DNA of 35,813 nt, filler included, from an uncultured virus (IMG/VR IMGVR_UViG_2061766007_001539) (lineage: Duplodnaviria; Heunggongvirae; Uroviricota; Caudoviricetes). It is 2 parts of one record of this genome, joined end to end, with 100 filler letters (N's around TTAATTAATTAA, not from the genome) between each part and the next. Parts side by side here need not be neighbours in the genome. Positions count along the whole stretch, not along the records: positions 1 to 18,864 come from IMGVR_UViG_2061766007_001539; 1 more part is not named here. The stretch is one strand, 5' to 3'. Shown piece after piece: positions 1 to 10,040 of this stretch. Each line of letters opens with the position of its first letter. The first letter of the stretch is position 1. The position numbers were made by a program, and so were the translations under genes. The notes under the pieces are model-generated. The model was not told the DNA's origin. It searched no databases and saw nothing but the letters and a program-made list of their open reading frames with translations.

Positions 1-152
1 TTCTCAGCTCTACGAGAATGAACGAGAACGAGGGTGTAATATAAAATCCGTAAAATTACCCCTCAAAAATCAGACACGGCAAAATAAGCCGTACAGACGG
101 CAAAATGAACGTGTTCCAAAATGGAACAGGTTGAAATGAAAGGGTGACCAGT

Positions 153-440
153 ATGAAATATATTATACACGGCTTTTACAAAGTCCTCAGGTTTGAAACT
201 CATTACTGTGTGGATGTGTATTCCAGTGAGTGGAGCTTTTATTTCATTGTTATGGACGACGACACACACACAGAACTCAGCAGGCTGAACGTTTCTGATG
301 AGAAAAGCCGTTCAATTCACACGTACATCACTGATGATGAAGTGACGATATTCGTTACATCGAATACAGCGGATGAAGACGTTGAACAGATCAGAGAAAC
401 GCTTATAAAAGCAGGAATTGATGTGAAACAAACACGATGA
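153..440 (+). CDS. Hypothetical phage protein
   Basis: ORF with RBS GAAAGGGTG before ATG 153. Confidence 0.7.
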   Translation: MKYIIHGFYKVLRFETHYCVDVYSSEWSFYFIVMDDDTHTELSRLNVSDEKSRSIHTYITDDEVTIFVTSNTADEDVEQIRETLIKAGIDVKQTR

Positions 441-453
441 AAGGGTGACCAGT

Positions 454-750
454 ATGACAACGATAAAAGAAGAACTCGCAGCAACGGCAAGATGGGTCGG
501 AGATCCGTCAACATGTGAACGATGCAAGAAAAACGAAAACAGCGTGCTTTTTACATATACCAACGAAGAAAACATGATTATTGCCGGAATGGTAGGCAAG
601 GGAGACGTCGAACCGTTGACGAAACACATCATCAAAACTCTGATGGAGCCGCTTACTCAGAAATCAAAGGAAAAATATCTCCTGTGGCTTGCGGAGAATA
701 TTTTTATTATGCTTAGTGAAATCGCAAAAAAGCAGGAGCACGACGAATGA
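454..750 (+). CDS. Hypothetical phage protein
   Basis: Same RBS block; 3' part recurs on - strand at about 31075-31171. Confidence 0.7.
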   Translation: MTTIKEELAATARWVGDPSTCERCKKNENSVLFTYTNEENMIIAGMVGKGDVEPLTKHIIKTLMEPLTQKSKEKYLLWLAENIFIMLSEIAKKQEHDE

Positions 751-792
751 TGTTTAAAGATTATAAAAGTTGACAAAGGAGCTGATGTAGGA

Positions 793-1814
793 ATGCCAAC
801 AAAAGAAGATTTAAAATATTTTCAGTCAATGCCTTTGGATATCAAAGTCGCAATGACGAAAACGAGAATAAGAGAATGGGTAAACCATTTCGGTGAGAGC
901 GGGGTATATATAAGCTTTTCAGGTGGCAAGGACAGCACCGTATTACTTCACTTAGTACGTGAATTATACCCTGATATTCCGGCCGTATTCGTCAATACCG
1001 GCCTTGAATATCCTGAGATTCAGAGATTTGTGCAGCAGTTCGATAATACTGTTGTTCTTTATCCGCGGATCAGATTTAAGGAAGTTATTTCGACATATGG
1101 ATATCCGGTCATAAGCAAAGAAGTTTGTTGTAAGATAGGAAATGCACGTAAAGGCGCAAAGTTTGCTATGAAAGCAGTGAACGGTGAATTAAAAACTGCA
1201 AACGGCGAAAAGTCGAGGTTCAATGTAGATAGATACAAAGACCTTATGACAACAGACTTCTTAGTATCTGATAAGTGCTGCAACATCATGAAGAAAGATC
1301 CAGTACACAGATACGCAAAGAGTACCGGCAGACATCCAATAACAGCACAGATGGCCTCCGAGAGTATGCTTAGAACTCAGAAATGGATTCAGAATGGCTG
1401 CAATGCATTTGATATAGCAAGACCAATTTCAAATCCTATGTCTTTTTGGACTGAAAACGACGTTCTCCAGTATATCAGTGAAAACAATATTCGTATTGCC
1501 GCAGTGTACGGCGATATCATAAAGAACGACGGACAGCTGAGTTTCGATGATGATACACCGTGCAAATACTGCACAACAGGCTGTGAACGTACTGGCTGCA
1601 TGTTCTGTGGTTTCGGAGCACATCTTGAAAAGGAAAGCAGGTTTGTCAGACTAAAGGAAACTCACCCTAAACAATACAATTTTTGTATCGGGGGGGATTT
1701 TATGACAGTGACGGCCTTTGGAAGCCGGACGAACGCGGCTTAGGTTTAGGACATGTTTTTGATGTTCTTAATGAATTATACAGTAAGAACGGAAAACTGT
1801 TTATCGAATATTAA
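793..1814 (+). CDS. Phosphoadenosine phosphosulfate (PAPS) reductase family protein; ORF stops at 1743, probable true C-terminus (to 1814) lies past a frameshift in a G7 run
   Basis: SFSGGKDS PP-loop, NTGLEYPE, KCC..MKK, RTGCMFC motifs. Confidence 0.9.
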
Positions 1815-1835
1815 GATGAAAAGGATGAAAGGGGA

Positions 1836-2296
1836 ATGAGAAAAATGTCAATTGATTACAACATGATTAAGTCCGNNNNNNNNNNNNNNNNNNNNNNNNN
1901 NNNNNNNNNNNNNNNNNNNNNNNNNNNNNNNNNNNNNNNNNNNNNNNNNNNNNNNNNNNNNNNNNNNNNNNNNNNNNNNNNNNNNNNNNNNNNNNNNNNN
2001 NNNNNNNNNNNNNNNNNNNNNNNNNNNNCTGGAAAGAAGGCGTGTGGATCGAGAATACGCCGGGATGGTACATGTGCAGCGAATGCAAAAACGTGCAGAC
2101 GACTGACAGAAGCAGATTCTGCCCGAACTGCGGNNNNNNNNNNCAGGGTATCGGGTTACATGATCTGCTTAGCTGGAAAGAGGCTGAATGGATCGAGAAC
2201 ACGCCGGGATGGTACATATGCAGCGAGTGCAAAAACGTGCAGACGACTGACAGAAGCAGATTCTGCCCGAACTGCGGCCGACGAATGAAAGTGTGA
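1836..2296 (+). CDS. Gapped/duplicated fragments of a phage protein with C-terminal zinc ribbon (CxxC...CPNCG)
   Basis: Homologous to intact copies at 24817-25173 and 30498-30857. Confidence 0.7.
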
Positions 2297-2508
2297 AGTC
2301 AATGACAGAAAAACTTGTGATGATAGGTATGATCGCATTCTATGCAATCATGATGGTGATATGCCTCTGGTGCTTATGGTGCATATACAAGGCAGTACTG
2401 GAGATCATACGCGAAACGATCATAGATTTTGAGGAGGGGAAAGGGAAATATGAAGAAGAAACAGAAGAAATCATGCGCTCCGGTGAGACTGAGAGAGGAA
2501 CCGTCCTT
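2293..2508 (+). CDS. Small membrane protein (runs into gap)
   Basis: Hydrophobic N-terminus; homologues at 24656-24820 and 30215-30493. Confidence 0.65.
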
Positions 2509-2605
2509 NNNNNNNNNNAAAGCTTCCGGAACGTGAGATAAACGAAATGAAGCAGACCGTTTCATGCTTTTACTGGAAGGCTGAAAAGAGATTATCGGAG
2601 GGAAT

Positions 2606-2971
2606 ATGAGAAGAGCGAAATACGGAAACAAAAAGTGCCAGTACATGGGCATTGTGTTCGACTCCAAGCATGAAATGGAGCGGTACCGGGAGCTGTACCT
2701 TCTGGAGCGGGCCGGTGAGATCAGCGACCTGCAGACACAGGTTCCATACCTGCTTATTCCGCCACAGTTCGACGACGCTGTTGCGGATCATGATAAAAAG
2801 AAAAAGCCGAAACTCCTTGAACGCAAGTGCGAGTATATCGCTGACTTTGTATACAGGGACAGCGAAGGCAGGCTGGTGGTAGAGGACGCCAAGGGAACGA
2901 AAACGAAGGAGTACATCATCAAGCGAAAGCTGATGCTGCACGTGCATAAAATCAGGGTGGTGGAAGTATGA
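2606..2971 (+). CDS. DUF1064 family protein (predicted PD-(D/E)xK nuclease)
   Basis: KYGNKK..FDSKHE..Y.ADFVY..VVEDAKG..Y.IKRKL signature. Confidence 0.9.
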   Translation: MRRAKYGNKKCQYMGIVFDSKHEMERYRELYLLERAGEISDLQTQVPYLLIPPQFDDAVADHDKKKKPKLLERKCEYIADFVYRDSEGRLVVEDAKGTKTKEYIIKRKLMLHVHKIRVVEV

Positions 2972-3183
2972 AAGATAATCCATGTAATATTTGTGAACAC
3001 AAAACTAAATGCTTAACCTTAGACTGTGTGTTCAGTACGCTTACACACACAGGTAGTTCCCAGTGTTGCAATTACGACTGCATGAATAATACTGAATTCG
3101 GCTGTATTTTTTCTTTTGAAGAGAAATGCGCCGCAAGTACGTGCTATGTTGAGGATGAAGACGACATGGAGGAGGAAGTATGA
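2968..3183 (+). CDS. Cys-rich hypothetical protein
   Basis: Start overlaps upstream stop; multiple Cys. Confidence 0.6.
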   Translation: MKDNPCNICEHKTKCLTLDCVFSTLTHTGSSQCCNYDCMNNTEFGCIFSFEEKCAASTCYVEDEDDMEEEV

Positions 3184-3464
3184 TCGTACTTGATAACAAA
3201 AATCAGAAAATTAAACAAAGAAGCTATCGTTGGTGGTGTGGAAGAAAAAAACGTGTGAAGAAAAAATATACACTTTTTCTTTCCGGGTATCTATCACCGA
3301 AAAATATGAGGTTGTTAATAAAAACATATAATCTATCGAGGTGAACCATGGAACGCTACACAGAGGATTTTTTAAAGCACGCTTACGTCAGGTGTGCGAG
3401 GTGTGAAAAAGAGCTGAAATACGGTTTGAATCTTCCGCGGAACTGTGANNNNNNNNNNTGAGGT

Positions 3465-3735
3465 ATGAACATACTGGTCGCCTGCGAAGAATCACAGAGG
3501 GTGTGTATGGCGTTCAGAGAAAAAGGACACAGAGCCTTTTCAGCTGACATACAGGAATGCTCCGGTGGTCATCCTGAATGGCATATACACGGTGATGTTC
3601 TCCCCTTGATTAACGGCAATTGTAACTTTACGTTACAAAATAGAGAGAGAGAGACAGGATGGCAAATGGGACATGATTATTTCCTTTCCGCCCTGCACTC
3701 ACTTAGCGGTTTCAGGAGCGGCTCATTTTGAGAAA
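3465..3735 (+). CDS. Phage C5 DNA cytosine methyltransferase-like protein, 5' part; frameshift at (AG)n, truncated by gap
   Basis: MNILVACEES..AFSADI..GDVL, then KWDMIISFPPCTHL in the +1 frame. Confidence 0.8.
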
Positions 3736-3751
3736 NNNNNNNNNNGGAAGT

Positions 3752-3994
3752 ATGAAACTGGATGATTTTCTGAACACTATTGCTTCCGGCTGGAAGTACA
3801 CGATTTTTCTTAATATTACTAACGACGGAAAAGATAAGTTCTCCTGCGAACTGTGCAGAGATATGAGAAGAGGTGAAGAATCTCCTGAATTTTTAGGGTG
3901 GCTCCGGGACCTTGATCTTGAAGTTGCTGATATATTCGGCGATAATGCAATCTGCATTAATACTAAACTTGTGACGGTGGAGAAGTGGATTTAA
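3752..3994 (+). CDS. Hypothetical protein
   Basis: ORF; stop abuts next start. Confidence 0.6.
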   Translation: MKLDDFLNTIASGWKYTIFLNITNDGKDKFSCELCRDMRRGEESPEFLGWLRDLDLEVADIFGDNAICINTKLVTVEKWI

Positions 3995-4143
3995 ATGGAA
4001 CGCTACACAGAGGACTTTTTAAAGCACGCTTATGTCAGGTGTGCGAAATGCGGAAAAGAGCTGAAATACGGTTTGAATCTTCCGCGGAACTGTGAATTTC
4101 TGCNNNNNNNNNNTTAGACGAGCTTACGAACGAGGAAGAATAA

Positions 4144-4353
4144 ATGGAACGCTACACAGAGGACTTTTTAAAGCACGCTTACGTCAGGTGTGCAAGATGC
4201 GAGAAGGAGCTGAAATACGGTTTGAATCTTCCGCGGAACTGTGAATTTCTGCATTTGTGCGACGATGGCAAGCTCCGCGTTGATCCGCAGGAAAACGAAC
4301 CGTATTGCTGTGACTGTATTATCGAACTACAGGGAGGCGGAAACAATGTCTGA
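4144..4353 (+). CDS. Small Cys-containing (putative Zn-binding) protein; partial copies at 3348-3448 and 3995-4103
   Basis: CxxC..CxDC; related to the C-terminal half of 22252-22653. Confidence 0.7.
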   Translation: MERYTEDFLKHAYVRCARCEKELKYGLNLPRNCEFLHLCDDGKLRVDPQENEPYCCDCIIELQGGGNNV

Positions 4354-4439
4354 CACGGCGATTATGTGCATTTTATCTTGTATTTCTTGTTTGCTCGGAA
4401 TCGTTGTAGGATTTTTTCTTCATGAAATGAGGTGAAAAA

Positions 4440-4742
4440 ATGAACGAAAAACAAAATCCTGATGGATCATGGAGCAAGGCAGAACCCATAAAGGCTTCAT
4501 GGGAACTTAAAACAAAGAAGAAAAAGACAATAAGGTTTGCCGTTCTCCAGTGGAGACAGCTTACAGCGGCATTATTCTTTCTCGTTTCCAATATGGTTTA
4601 CAGGCATGATCATGAAAGCAGACTGACAAATATGTTTTATATATTAGCTTTTGTTGTGTTCCTTGTGGTATCGATTCAGAACCTTACAATCGCAATGAAA
4701 GCTTATGAAGAGGTGATGAAAGACGATGAAGGAAGTAGCTAA
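4440..4742 (+). CDS. Putative membrane protein
   Basis: RBS GAGGTG; two hydrophobic segments. Confidence 0.7.
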   Translation: MNEKQNPDGSWSKAEPIKASWELKTKKKKTIRFAVLQWRQLTAALFFLVSNMVYRHDHESRLTNMFYILAFVVFLVVSIQNLTIAMKAYEEVMKDDEGSS

Positions 4743-4920
4743 ACTGGTGGCGGTACAGGTCACAGATGATCTGACTTGTTACGGTTATCTGATGAATAAT
4801 GATAAAAAAATACTGGTTGACACGCTTTTAGACTCCCTTAAGGCGGGTGAGAAGGCAAAAGGCAGAAAGACTGGTATTACAAGAAAAGATATTGAAAAGA
4901 TTGTTGAGAGGGAATTGAAA
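4726..4920 (+). CDS. Hypothetical protein (runs into gap)
   Basis: Overlapping ORF in the operon. Confidence 0.55.
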
Positions 4921-5138
4921 NNNNNNNNNNAACGTGAAGACGATCAGGCAGAAAAAGACCCCCGTCAGTGAAACGAGGGTTTATTTAAATGAAAAATCAG
5001 GGGGAAAAGACTTATGTTAAAAAGGGAATTAGAGATCCTGCTTAATGATGCGAACCTTGCCATTAAGGATCTTGAACAGGAAAACACGAACTTAAAATCA
5101 CGTAACGAAGCACTCACAAAGTTTATNNNNNNNNNNAA

Positions 5139-5357
5139 ATGATAAAAGTAAATGAATTTATTGGCTTTATCCTGGTATATCAGATCTGGGGACAGGCTCC
5201 GATGGCAGTGCATTATGAAAAATACGACGAAGCGCTTGCCGGACTGAAAGGACACACACGCGTTCCGTACAGAATACCGAATGAAAAAGCGATCGCCTGT
5301 ATACTTAACCACAAGATGGAAGTAGTTTTTAAAACGGAGGTTGGACCTGATGCTTAA
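5139..5357 (+). CDS. Hypothetical protein
   Basis: C-terminus ILNHKMEVV recurs at 20324-20380 (-). Confidence 0.65.
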   Translation: MIKVNEFIGFILVYQIWGQAPMAVHYEKYDEALAGLKGHTRVPYRIPNEKAIACILNHKMEVVFKTEVGPDA

Positions 5358-5556
5358 ACTTGAAATCTCAGACAAAAAATGTGAAACAACTGTCGAAGGA
5401 AAAACACACGAATGCATTGATGAAATGGCAATTGCGGTTAATGCGCTTGTTAATATGGCTGCAGAGGCGGCAGGAATAAGCTATAAAGAAGCGGAGGAAA
5501 TGCTGTGTGAAGGCGCGAATCAAGTTAATGAGGTGAGATCAAGAGATGGAGAATGA
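5350..5556 (+). CDS. Hypothetical protein
   Basis: RBS GGAGG; homologue at 20113-20331. Confidence 0.7.
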   Translation: MLKLEISDKKCETTVEGKTHECIDEMAIAVNALVNMAAEAAGISYKEAEEMLCEGANQVNEVRSRDGE

Positions 5557-6076
5557 AGAAAAATTCCTGCTCTTTACCACAGACGGATGTTTCAACGAGT
5601 TTGTGCCGGAAGCGGAAGCAGAAACGGCGGAACGTATTCTCGGCGAGTATGCCAAGCACTCGAAGGAGAATAAATATGTACAGTACATGATCCTGTGTCC
5701 GGACGGAATCGTGAGATCACAGTATGAGGTTTATAAACATTATCTCGTCACGCATGAAAAACAGCTGTTTGAAGAAATACCTGGAAGCAAAAGAATTTAT
5801 CAGTTTGACGGTATTAATTCGGCAGCGATTTATATGGGCGGATTTACATGGCTGACTCCGATCGAAGTTAAATGGCGCACTGACGATGAAAGTTATGAGA
5901 CCGCGGAGATCTGCGACGGTGATCCGGATTTTATTACCCTTGACGAGATAGTCGAACAGTTCCCGGAGGCCACGCTGACAGTGATCATCGACAGCCCTCT
6001 GCACGGCGAGATCTACAATTACGGGAACCACGGCAAGAAGTGGCTGCGTGTCGGGTTTACAGGCGGTTACGCATAA
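5546..6076 (+). CDS. Hypothetical phage protein
   Basis: 176 aa ORF with RBS GAGGTG. Confidence 0.75.
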   Translation: MENEEKFLLFTTDGCFNEFVPEAEAETAERILGEYAKHSKENKYVQYMILCPDGIVRSQYEVYKHYLVTHEKQLFEEIPGSKRIYQFDGINSAAIYMGGFTWLTPIEVKWRTDDESYETAEICDGDPDFITLDEIVEQFPEATLTVIIDSPLHGEIYNYGNHGKKWLRVGFTGGYA

Positions 6077-6101
6077 GCTTGATTTAGGAAGGGGAAAAGT
6101 T

Positions 6102-6326
6102 ATGACATGGAGAGATATTGAGCGGCTTATAAAGCACAGCAGCTTTATCCTCATTGTGGAGCCGAGGAGAACAAGGAACAGGTACTGGATCAGTCAGGGG
6201 CACGCATATTTTGAGATCACGTCTTTACAGTTTGACAGACTGCTTGAAGGCGGGTATATCGACCCTGATTACAAGGTCACGCGGCACATGGACGGTACTG
6301 AACAATTGCTTTACAACGGGAGATGA
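6102..6326 (+). CDS. Hypothetical protein
   Basis: Homologue at 19565-19804. Confidence 0.7.
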   Translation: MTWRDIERLIKHSSFILIVEPRRTRNRYWISQGHAYFEITSLQFDRLLEGGYIDPDYKVTRHMDGTEQLLYNGR

Positions 6327-6330
6327 TACG

Positions 6331-6597
6331 ATGCTGAAAGTCGGAGATATTGTGAGAATCAGAGAGAGCGCCTTTAAACCATGGGCGCTGGAACAGACAC
6401 AGCGCGGTGATATGGTGGTAGTGAAGAGAGAACTGGTGCATTTCAGCGATACACCGGAGCCGCCTGAACCTCTTCTTACAGTCGAGAGGGTGGATAACGA
6501 CTGTTTCACCGGAGCGTTGAACGGTGTGGTTTTCGATTACATGAGAGAAAAGTATTATGAGAGTGAACTTGAACTGGTGGAGGGGAGGAGATTTTAA
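6331..6597 (+). CDS. Hypothetical protein (LKVGDIVRI, SH3/KOW-like start)
   Basis: Homologue at 19285-19563. Confidence 0.7.
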   Translation: MLKVGDIVRIRESAFKPWALEQTQRGDMVVVKRELVHFSDTPEPPEPLLTVERVDNDCFTGALNGVVFDYMREKYYESELELVEGRRF

Positions 6598-6870
6598 ATG
6601 AAGGTATTACAGACACAAAGGGTTCCGTTCGGATCACGTCTGAACATCGTCCTGCGGGCAAAGAAAATGCAGAAGAAAGACTTAGCAAAGATGGTCGGTG
6701 TATCTGAATCGAATGTGAGCAAATATCTGTACGAGAAAACATATCCGAGTCTGCCGGCACTGGTTCAGATTGCAAAGACGCTGAACGTCAGCACGGACTA
6801 CTTGCTTGGTATTACGAGCGGGAAGATCGAGGAAAGCATACCGAAGGAGCAGAACGATGAAGAAATTTGA
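6598..6870 (+). CDS. XRE-family helix-turn-helix regulator
   Basis: KKDLAKMVGVSESNVSKY..PS...LVQIAKTLNVSTDYLLG. Confidence 0.9.
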   Translation: MKVLQTQRVPFGSRLNIVLRAKKMQKKDLAKMVGVSESNVSKYLYEKTYPSLPALVQIAKTLNVSTDYLLGITSGKIEESIPKEQNDEEI

Positions 6871-7407
6871 AGTCACGTTTGAAGGAAAGCTTTATGATTA
6901 CGTATCAAAGAAGATGATGCTGGAATACATGAACAGCATATTTCCGAGAGCGGAAGTGNNNNNNNNNNNNNNNNNNNNNNNNNNNNNNNNNNNNNNNNNN
7001 NNNNNNNNNNNNNNNNNNNNNNNNNNNNNNNNNNNNNNNNNNNNNNNNNNNNNNNNNNNNNNNNNNNTATAAGAGATCTCGAACAGGAAAACACGAACTT
7101 AAAATCACGTAACGAAGCACTGACAAAGTTTATCGCGGCTATAAGCGTCAATATGACGGGTGAAGTCGAACCCATAAAGAAAGCCGTGGCAGACATCAGA
7201 GCGGCTTTAACGGGCATCACAGGAGACGACAGGGCTATCTTAGGAGTGATAAAGAAAATTATCAGCGATCTGCCGGAGGGGAAATCATGATAAAGTGGAT
7301 CCTGTTACTCACTGCGGCAGTCCTGCTGTGGATGCATGAATACAGGCAGGAAATGAACGATATCAGAGCGGAATTCGGTCTGCCGCCGGTAAAGCTTCTG
7401 CGAAAGG

Positions 7408-7617
7408 ATGATGGGGAAAATGGCTAAAGAGCCGGTCAACAAATTTTACTGCTTGGAAAAAGACAAAGCCGACTGCATTAAAAACATGGTCGGCGATCCG
7501 GAATGTGAATTTTGTCAGCATTATCTGGTATGCACCAAATGCGGGCATTTTGATACAACCTACTGCGACGGTTGCATGATCGCAGCGCTCAATCAGAGCT
7601 TCGATATGAGCGATTAA
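7408..7617 (+). CDS. Cys-rich hypothetical protein
   Basis: Three CxxC pairs. Confidence 0.6.
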   Translation: MMGKMAKEPVNKFYCLEKDKADCIKNMVGDPECEFCQHYLVCTKCGHFDTTYCDGCMIAALNQSFDMSD

Positions 7618-8129
7618 TGACAAGGAAAGAGGGGTTTTACATGGTAAGCAGAGTAGATTCAGGCCTGTATCGCAGAGAGATCGGGCGAGTTGAGCAGGAA
7701 GTATATGCGAATACTGTTGAAGCGTGCGAGGATAACAATGCTTTTTTTCTCCTGGCACTCAATCAGGAATTCGGTTTCGGGCCGGAACGCCTTAAGCGCG
7801 TGATCCATCGGTATAACGAATTGTCGGAAGAATATTCCGTCATGCGAAACGACGGATTTACTTATGATGAAATAAATCAGAAAATGCGTGAGGCGCTGGC
7901 GTCCATCGGTATAGATCCGGATGATGTTTACGTCGGAAAGAATGACTTCTACGACGCAAAACGCCGGAAAAGATATATCGACAAAGGACAGGAAGTAAAC
8001 AGGAAAGAAGCTGAGGAAGTCAGAAAGAAGTTTGAACAGTTCAGATCTTTGTCTGAATCAGCTTACGAGAAAAGAGATCTTAATGAGCTTATCGCACAGA
8101 AGATCAGAAAGGGGCTCACGACTCCTTGA
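7617..8129 (+). CDS. Hypothetical phage protein (EFGFGPERLKR motif)
   Basis: Near-identical partial allele at 8302-8689; distant relative at 25500-25832. Confidence 0.75.
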   Translation: MTRKEGFYMVSRVDSGLYRREIGRVEQEVYANTVEACEDNNAFFLLALNQEFGFGPERLKRVIHRYNELSEEYSVMRNDGFTYDEINQKMREALASIGIDPDDVYVGKNDFYDAKRRKRYIDKGQEVNRKEAEEVRKKFEQFRSLSESAYEKRDLNELIAQKIRKGLTTP

Positions 8130-8301
8130 CGAAACGTCAGGAAGTTCTGAGAAATAAGCTATTGGAAGGAACAAGTCTCTTCAAAACAGTTGAGGCTTTA
8201 CGCCTTTACATACAGGAAAATGAGAANNNNNNNNNNGAACCGGAAAGAAGCTGAGGAAGTCAGAAAGAAGTTTGAACAGTTCAGATCTTTGNNNNNNNNN
8301 N

Positions 8302-8689
8302 ATTTTTTCTCCTGGCCTTAAATCAGGAATTCGGTTTCGGGCCGGAACGCCTTAAGCGCGTGATTCATCGGTACAACGAATTGACGGAAGAATACTCCGT
8401 AATGAGAAACGACGGATTCACCTACGACGAAATCAATCAGAAAATGCGTGAGGCGCTGGCGTCTATCGGTATAGATCCGGATGATGTTTACGTCGGAAAG
8501 AATGATTTCTACGACGCAAAACGCCGGAAAAGATATATCGACAAAGGACAGGAAGTAAGCAGAAAAGAAGCTGAGGAGGTCAAAAAGAAGTTTGAACAGT
8601 TCAGGTCTTTATCCGAATCAGCTTACGAGAAAAGAGATCTTAATCAGCTTATTGCAGCGAAGATCAGAAAGGGACTCACGAACGCTTGA
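8302..8689 (+). CDS. Second allele (partial) of 7617-8129
   Basis: Near-identical protein with synonymous changes. Confidence 0.7.
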
Positions 8690-9021
8690 CCAAGCGTCAG
8701 GAGGTTCTGAGAAATAAGCTATTGGAAGGAACAAGCCTCTTCAAAACAGTTGAGGCTTTACGCCTTTACATACAGGAAAATGAGAANNNNNNNNNNNNNN
8801 NNNNNNNNNNNNNNNNNNNNNNNNNNNNNNNNNNNNNNNNNNNNNNNNNNNNNNNNNNNNNNNNNNNNNNNNNNNNNNNNNNNNNNNNNNNNNNNNNNNN
8901 NNNNNNNNNNNNNNNNNNNNNNNNNNNNNNNNNNNNNNNNNNNNNNNNNNNNCTACGGTCGCAACAGCATCAACAGAAAACACAAGGCGGCGCTTGACAG
9001 AATCATCGAGATCGGCGCTGA
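8686..9021 (+). CDS. Possible RinA/ArpU-like (sigma region-4-like) late activator, gapped
   Basis: Last gene of the early operon; C-terminus YGRNSINRKHKAALDRI resembles the terminal HTH helix; middle missing. Confidence 0.5.
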
Positions 9022-9115
9022 NNNNNNNNNNGTTATCCTACTTGTCACCCGACGCGCAGGAAACGAAAAGTAGATCCCCGTCCCTGAAACGGGGGTTTAT
9101 TTTTTTTAGGAATTG

Positions 9116-9262
9116 TGCTATAATATATCTGTCAGATAGGCATTAGCCGCACTGAAAGTTATTACATGTTGTGATTAAGTTATAGAGGCTGATGTCTGTC
9201 TGTCTGTCGTAGAAAGTTATCAGGAATGTTTTCATCAAAATAGACTCCTTTTATTTGATTTT
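9116..9262 (+). ncRNA. Candidate structured sRNA (copy 1)
   Basis: TGCTATAAT, 16-bp stem CAGATAGGCATTAGCC/GGCTGATGTCTGTCTG, terminal hairpin + T run; second allele at 10395-10561. Confidence 0.55.
9143..9235 (-). CDS. 30-aa small ORF MKTFLITFYDRQTDISLYNLITTCNNFQCG, antisense to the sRNA
   Basis: AAGGAG RBS; frame intact in the second copy, 10442-10534. Confidence 0.4.
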   Translation of the reverse strand: MKTFLITFYDRQTDISLYNLITTCNNFQCG

Positions 9263-9342
9263 NNNNNNNNNNNNNNNNNNNNNNNNNNNNNNNNNNNNNN
9301 NNNNNNNNNNNNNNNNNNNNNNNNNNNNNNNNNNNNNNNNNN

Positions 9343-9606
9343 AGAAAGTGAATCAGGATCAATGCCCTCTTCTTCTGCCTGCTCAATAATAGCGGCCTTA
9401 AGTTCTTCGTATAATGCATCTTCGTCTGTTTCGTCAGATTCTGCATATAATCTTATCTGTGTCTTAGTCGAAAAACGGCCGCCGTCTGAATTATAGCGAT
9501 CCATGTCGCTTACGCTTCTAAGTACCGTCCATTCTTCTTCGTCACGATCTTTACTGAGAATCAGCTGCATCCAGTTTCCCTGGAAATCAACGTTGTACTT
9601 TTTCAT
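9343..9606 (-). CDS. Small acidic hypothetical protein (3' end at gap)
   Basis: RBS GGAGGGTG; D/E-rich. Confidence 0.7.
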
Positions 9607-9627
9607 AAAATCACCCTCCTGATTATC

Positions 9628-9870
9628 TTAGATATACATGCTATATCCTGCTATCGGATTTTCGTAACTTACATTGTCGTATTCGTCAGCTGAACTATAC
9701 ACAGTAATTGATACGTCGCCGTGAGCGCTTGCCTTAACACGCACTGGATTATCTGCATAATCACGCTTGGCAAACTCTTTTGCTGCTTCGAGGTTGTCGA
9801 AGTATACCGGTGTTGCGCCGTAACCATTGCCATTGTAATTTACTTTCCAAACGTTTAACCATTTTTCCAT
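9628..9870 (-). CDS. Small hypothetical protein
   Basis: RBS GAAAGGATGG; shares N.W.V....PVYFD.LE.A.EF with 14121-14366. Confidence 0.75.
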   Translation of the reverse strand: MEKWLNVWKVNYNGNGYGATPVYFDNLEAAKEFAKRDYADNPVRVKASAHGDVSITVYSSADEYDNVSYENPIAGYSMYI

Positions 9871-9939
9871 AATAACCATCCTTTCAATTATACCCCCGTG
9901 CCTGAAACGAGGATTTACCCCCGTCGGAAAAACACGGAT

Positions 9940-10024
9940 TTATTTTTCTTCAACTTTCTCCGGAGCTTCTTCTACTTCCGGAACTGTAAACCCGTCAGCT
10001 TCGATGCATCCGCGCATGTATTCT
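9940..10024 (-). CDS. 3' fragment of the RHH regulator gene (allele of 12451-12690)
   Basis: Near-identical to 12451-12535. Confidence 0.7.
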
Positions 10025-10040
10025 NNNNNNNNNNAATTCG

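Noticed and set aside
2029..2296. Tandem zinc-ribbon duplication or DGR-like TR/VR pair (also other near-duplicate segments)
   Set aside because: Copies are separated by 10-N gaps, differences are not adenine-specific, and no reverse transcriptase is present
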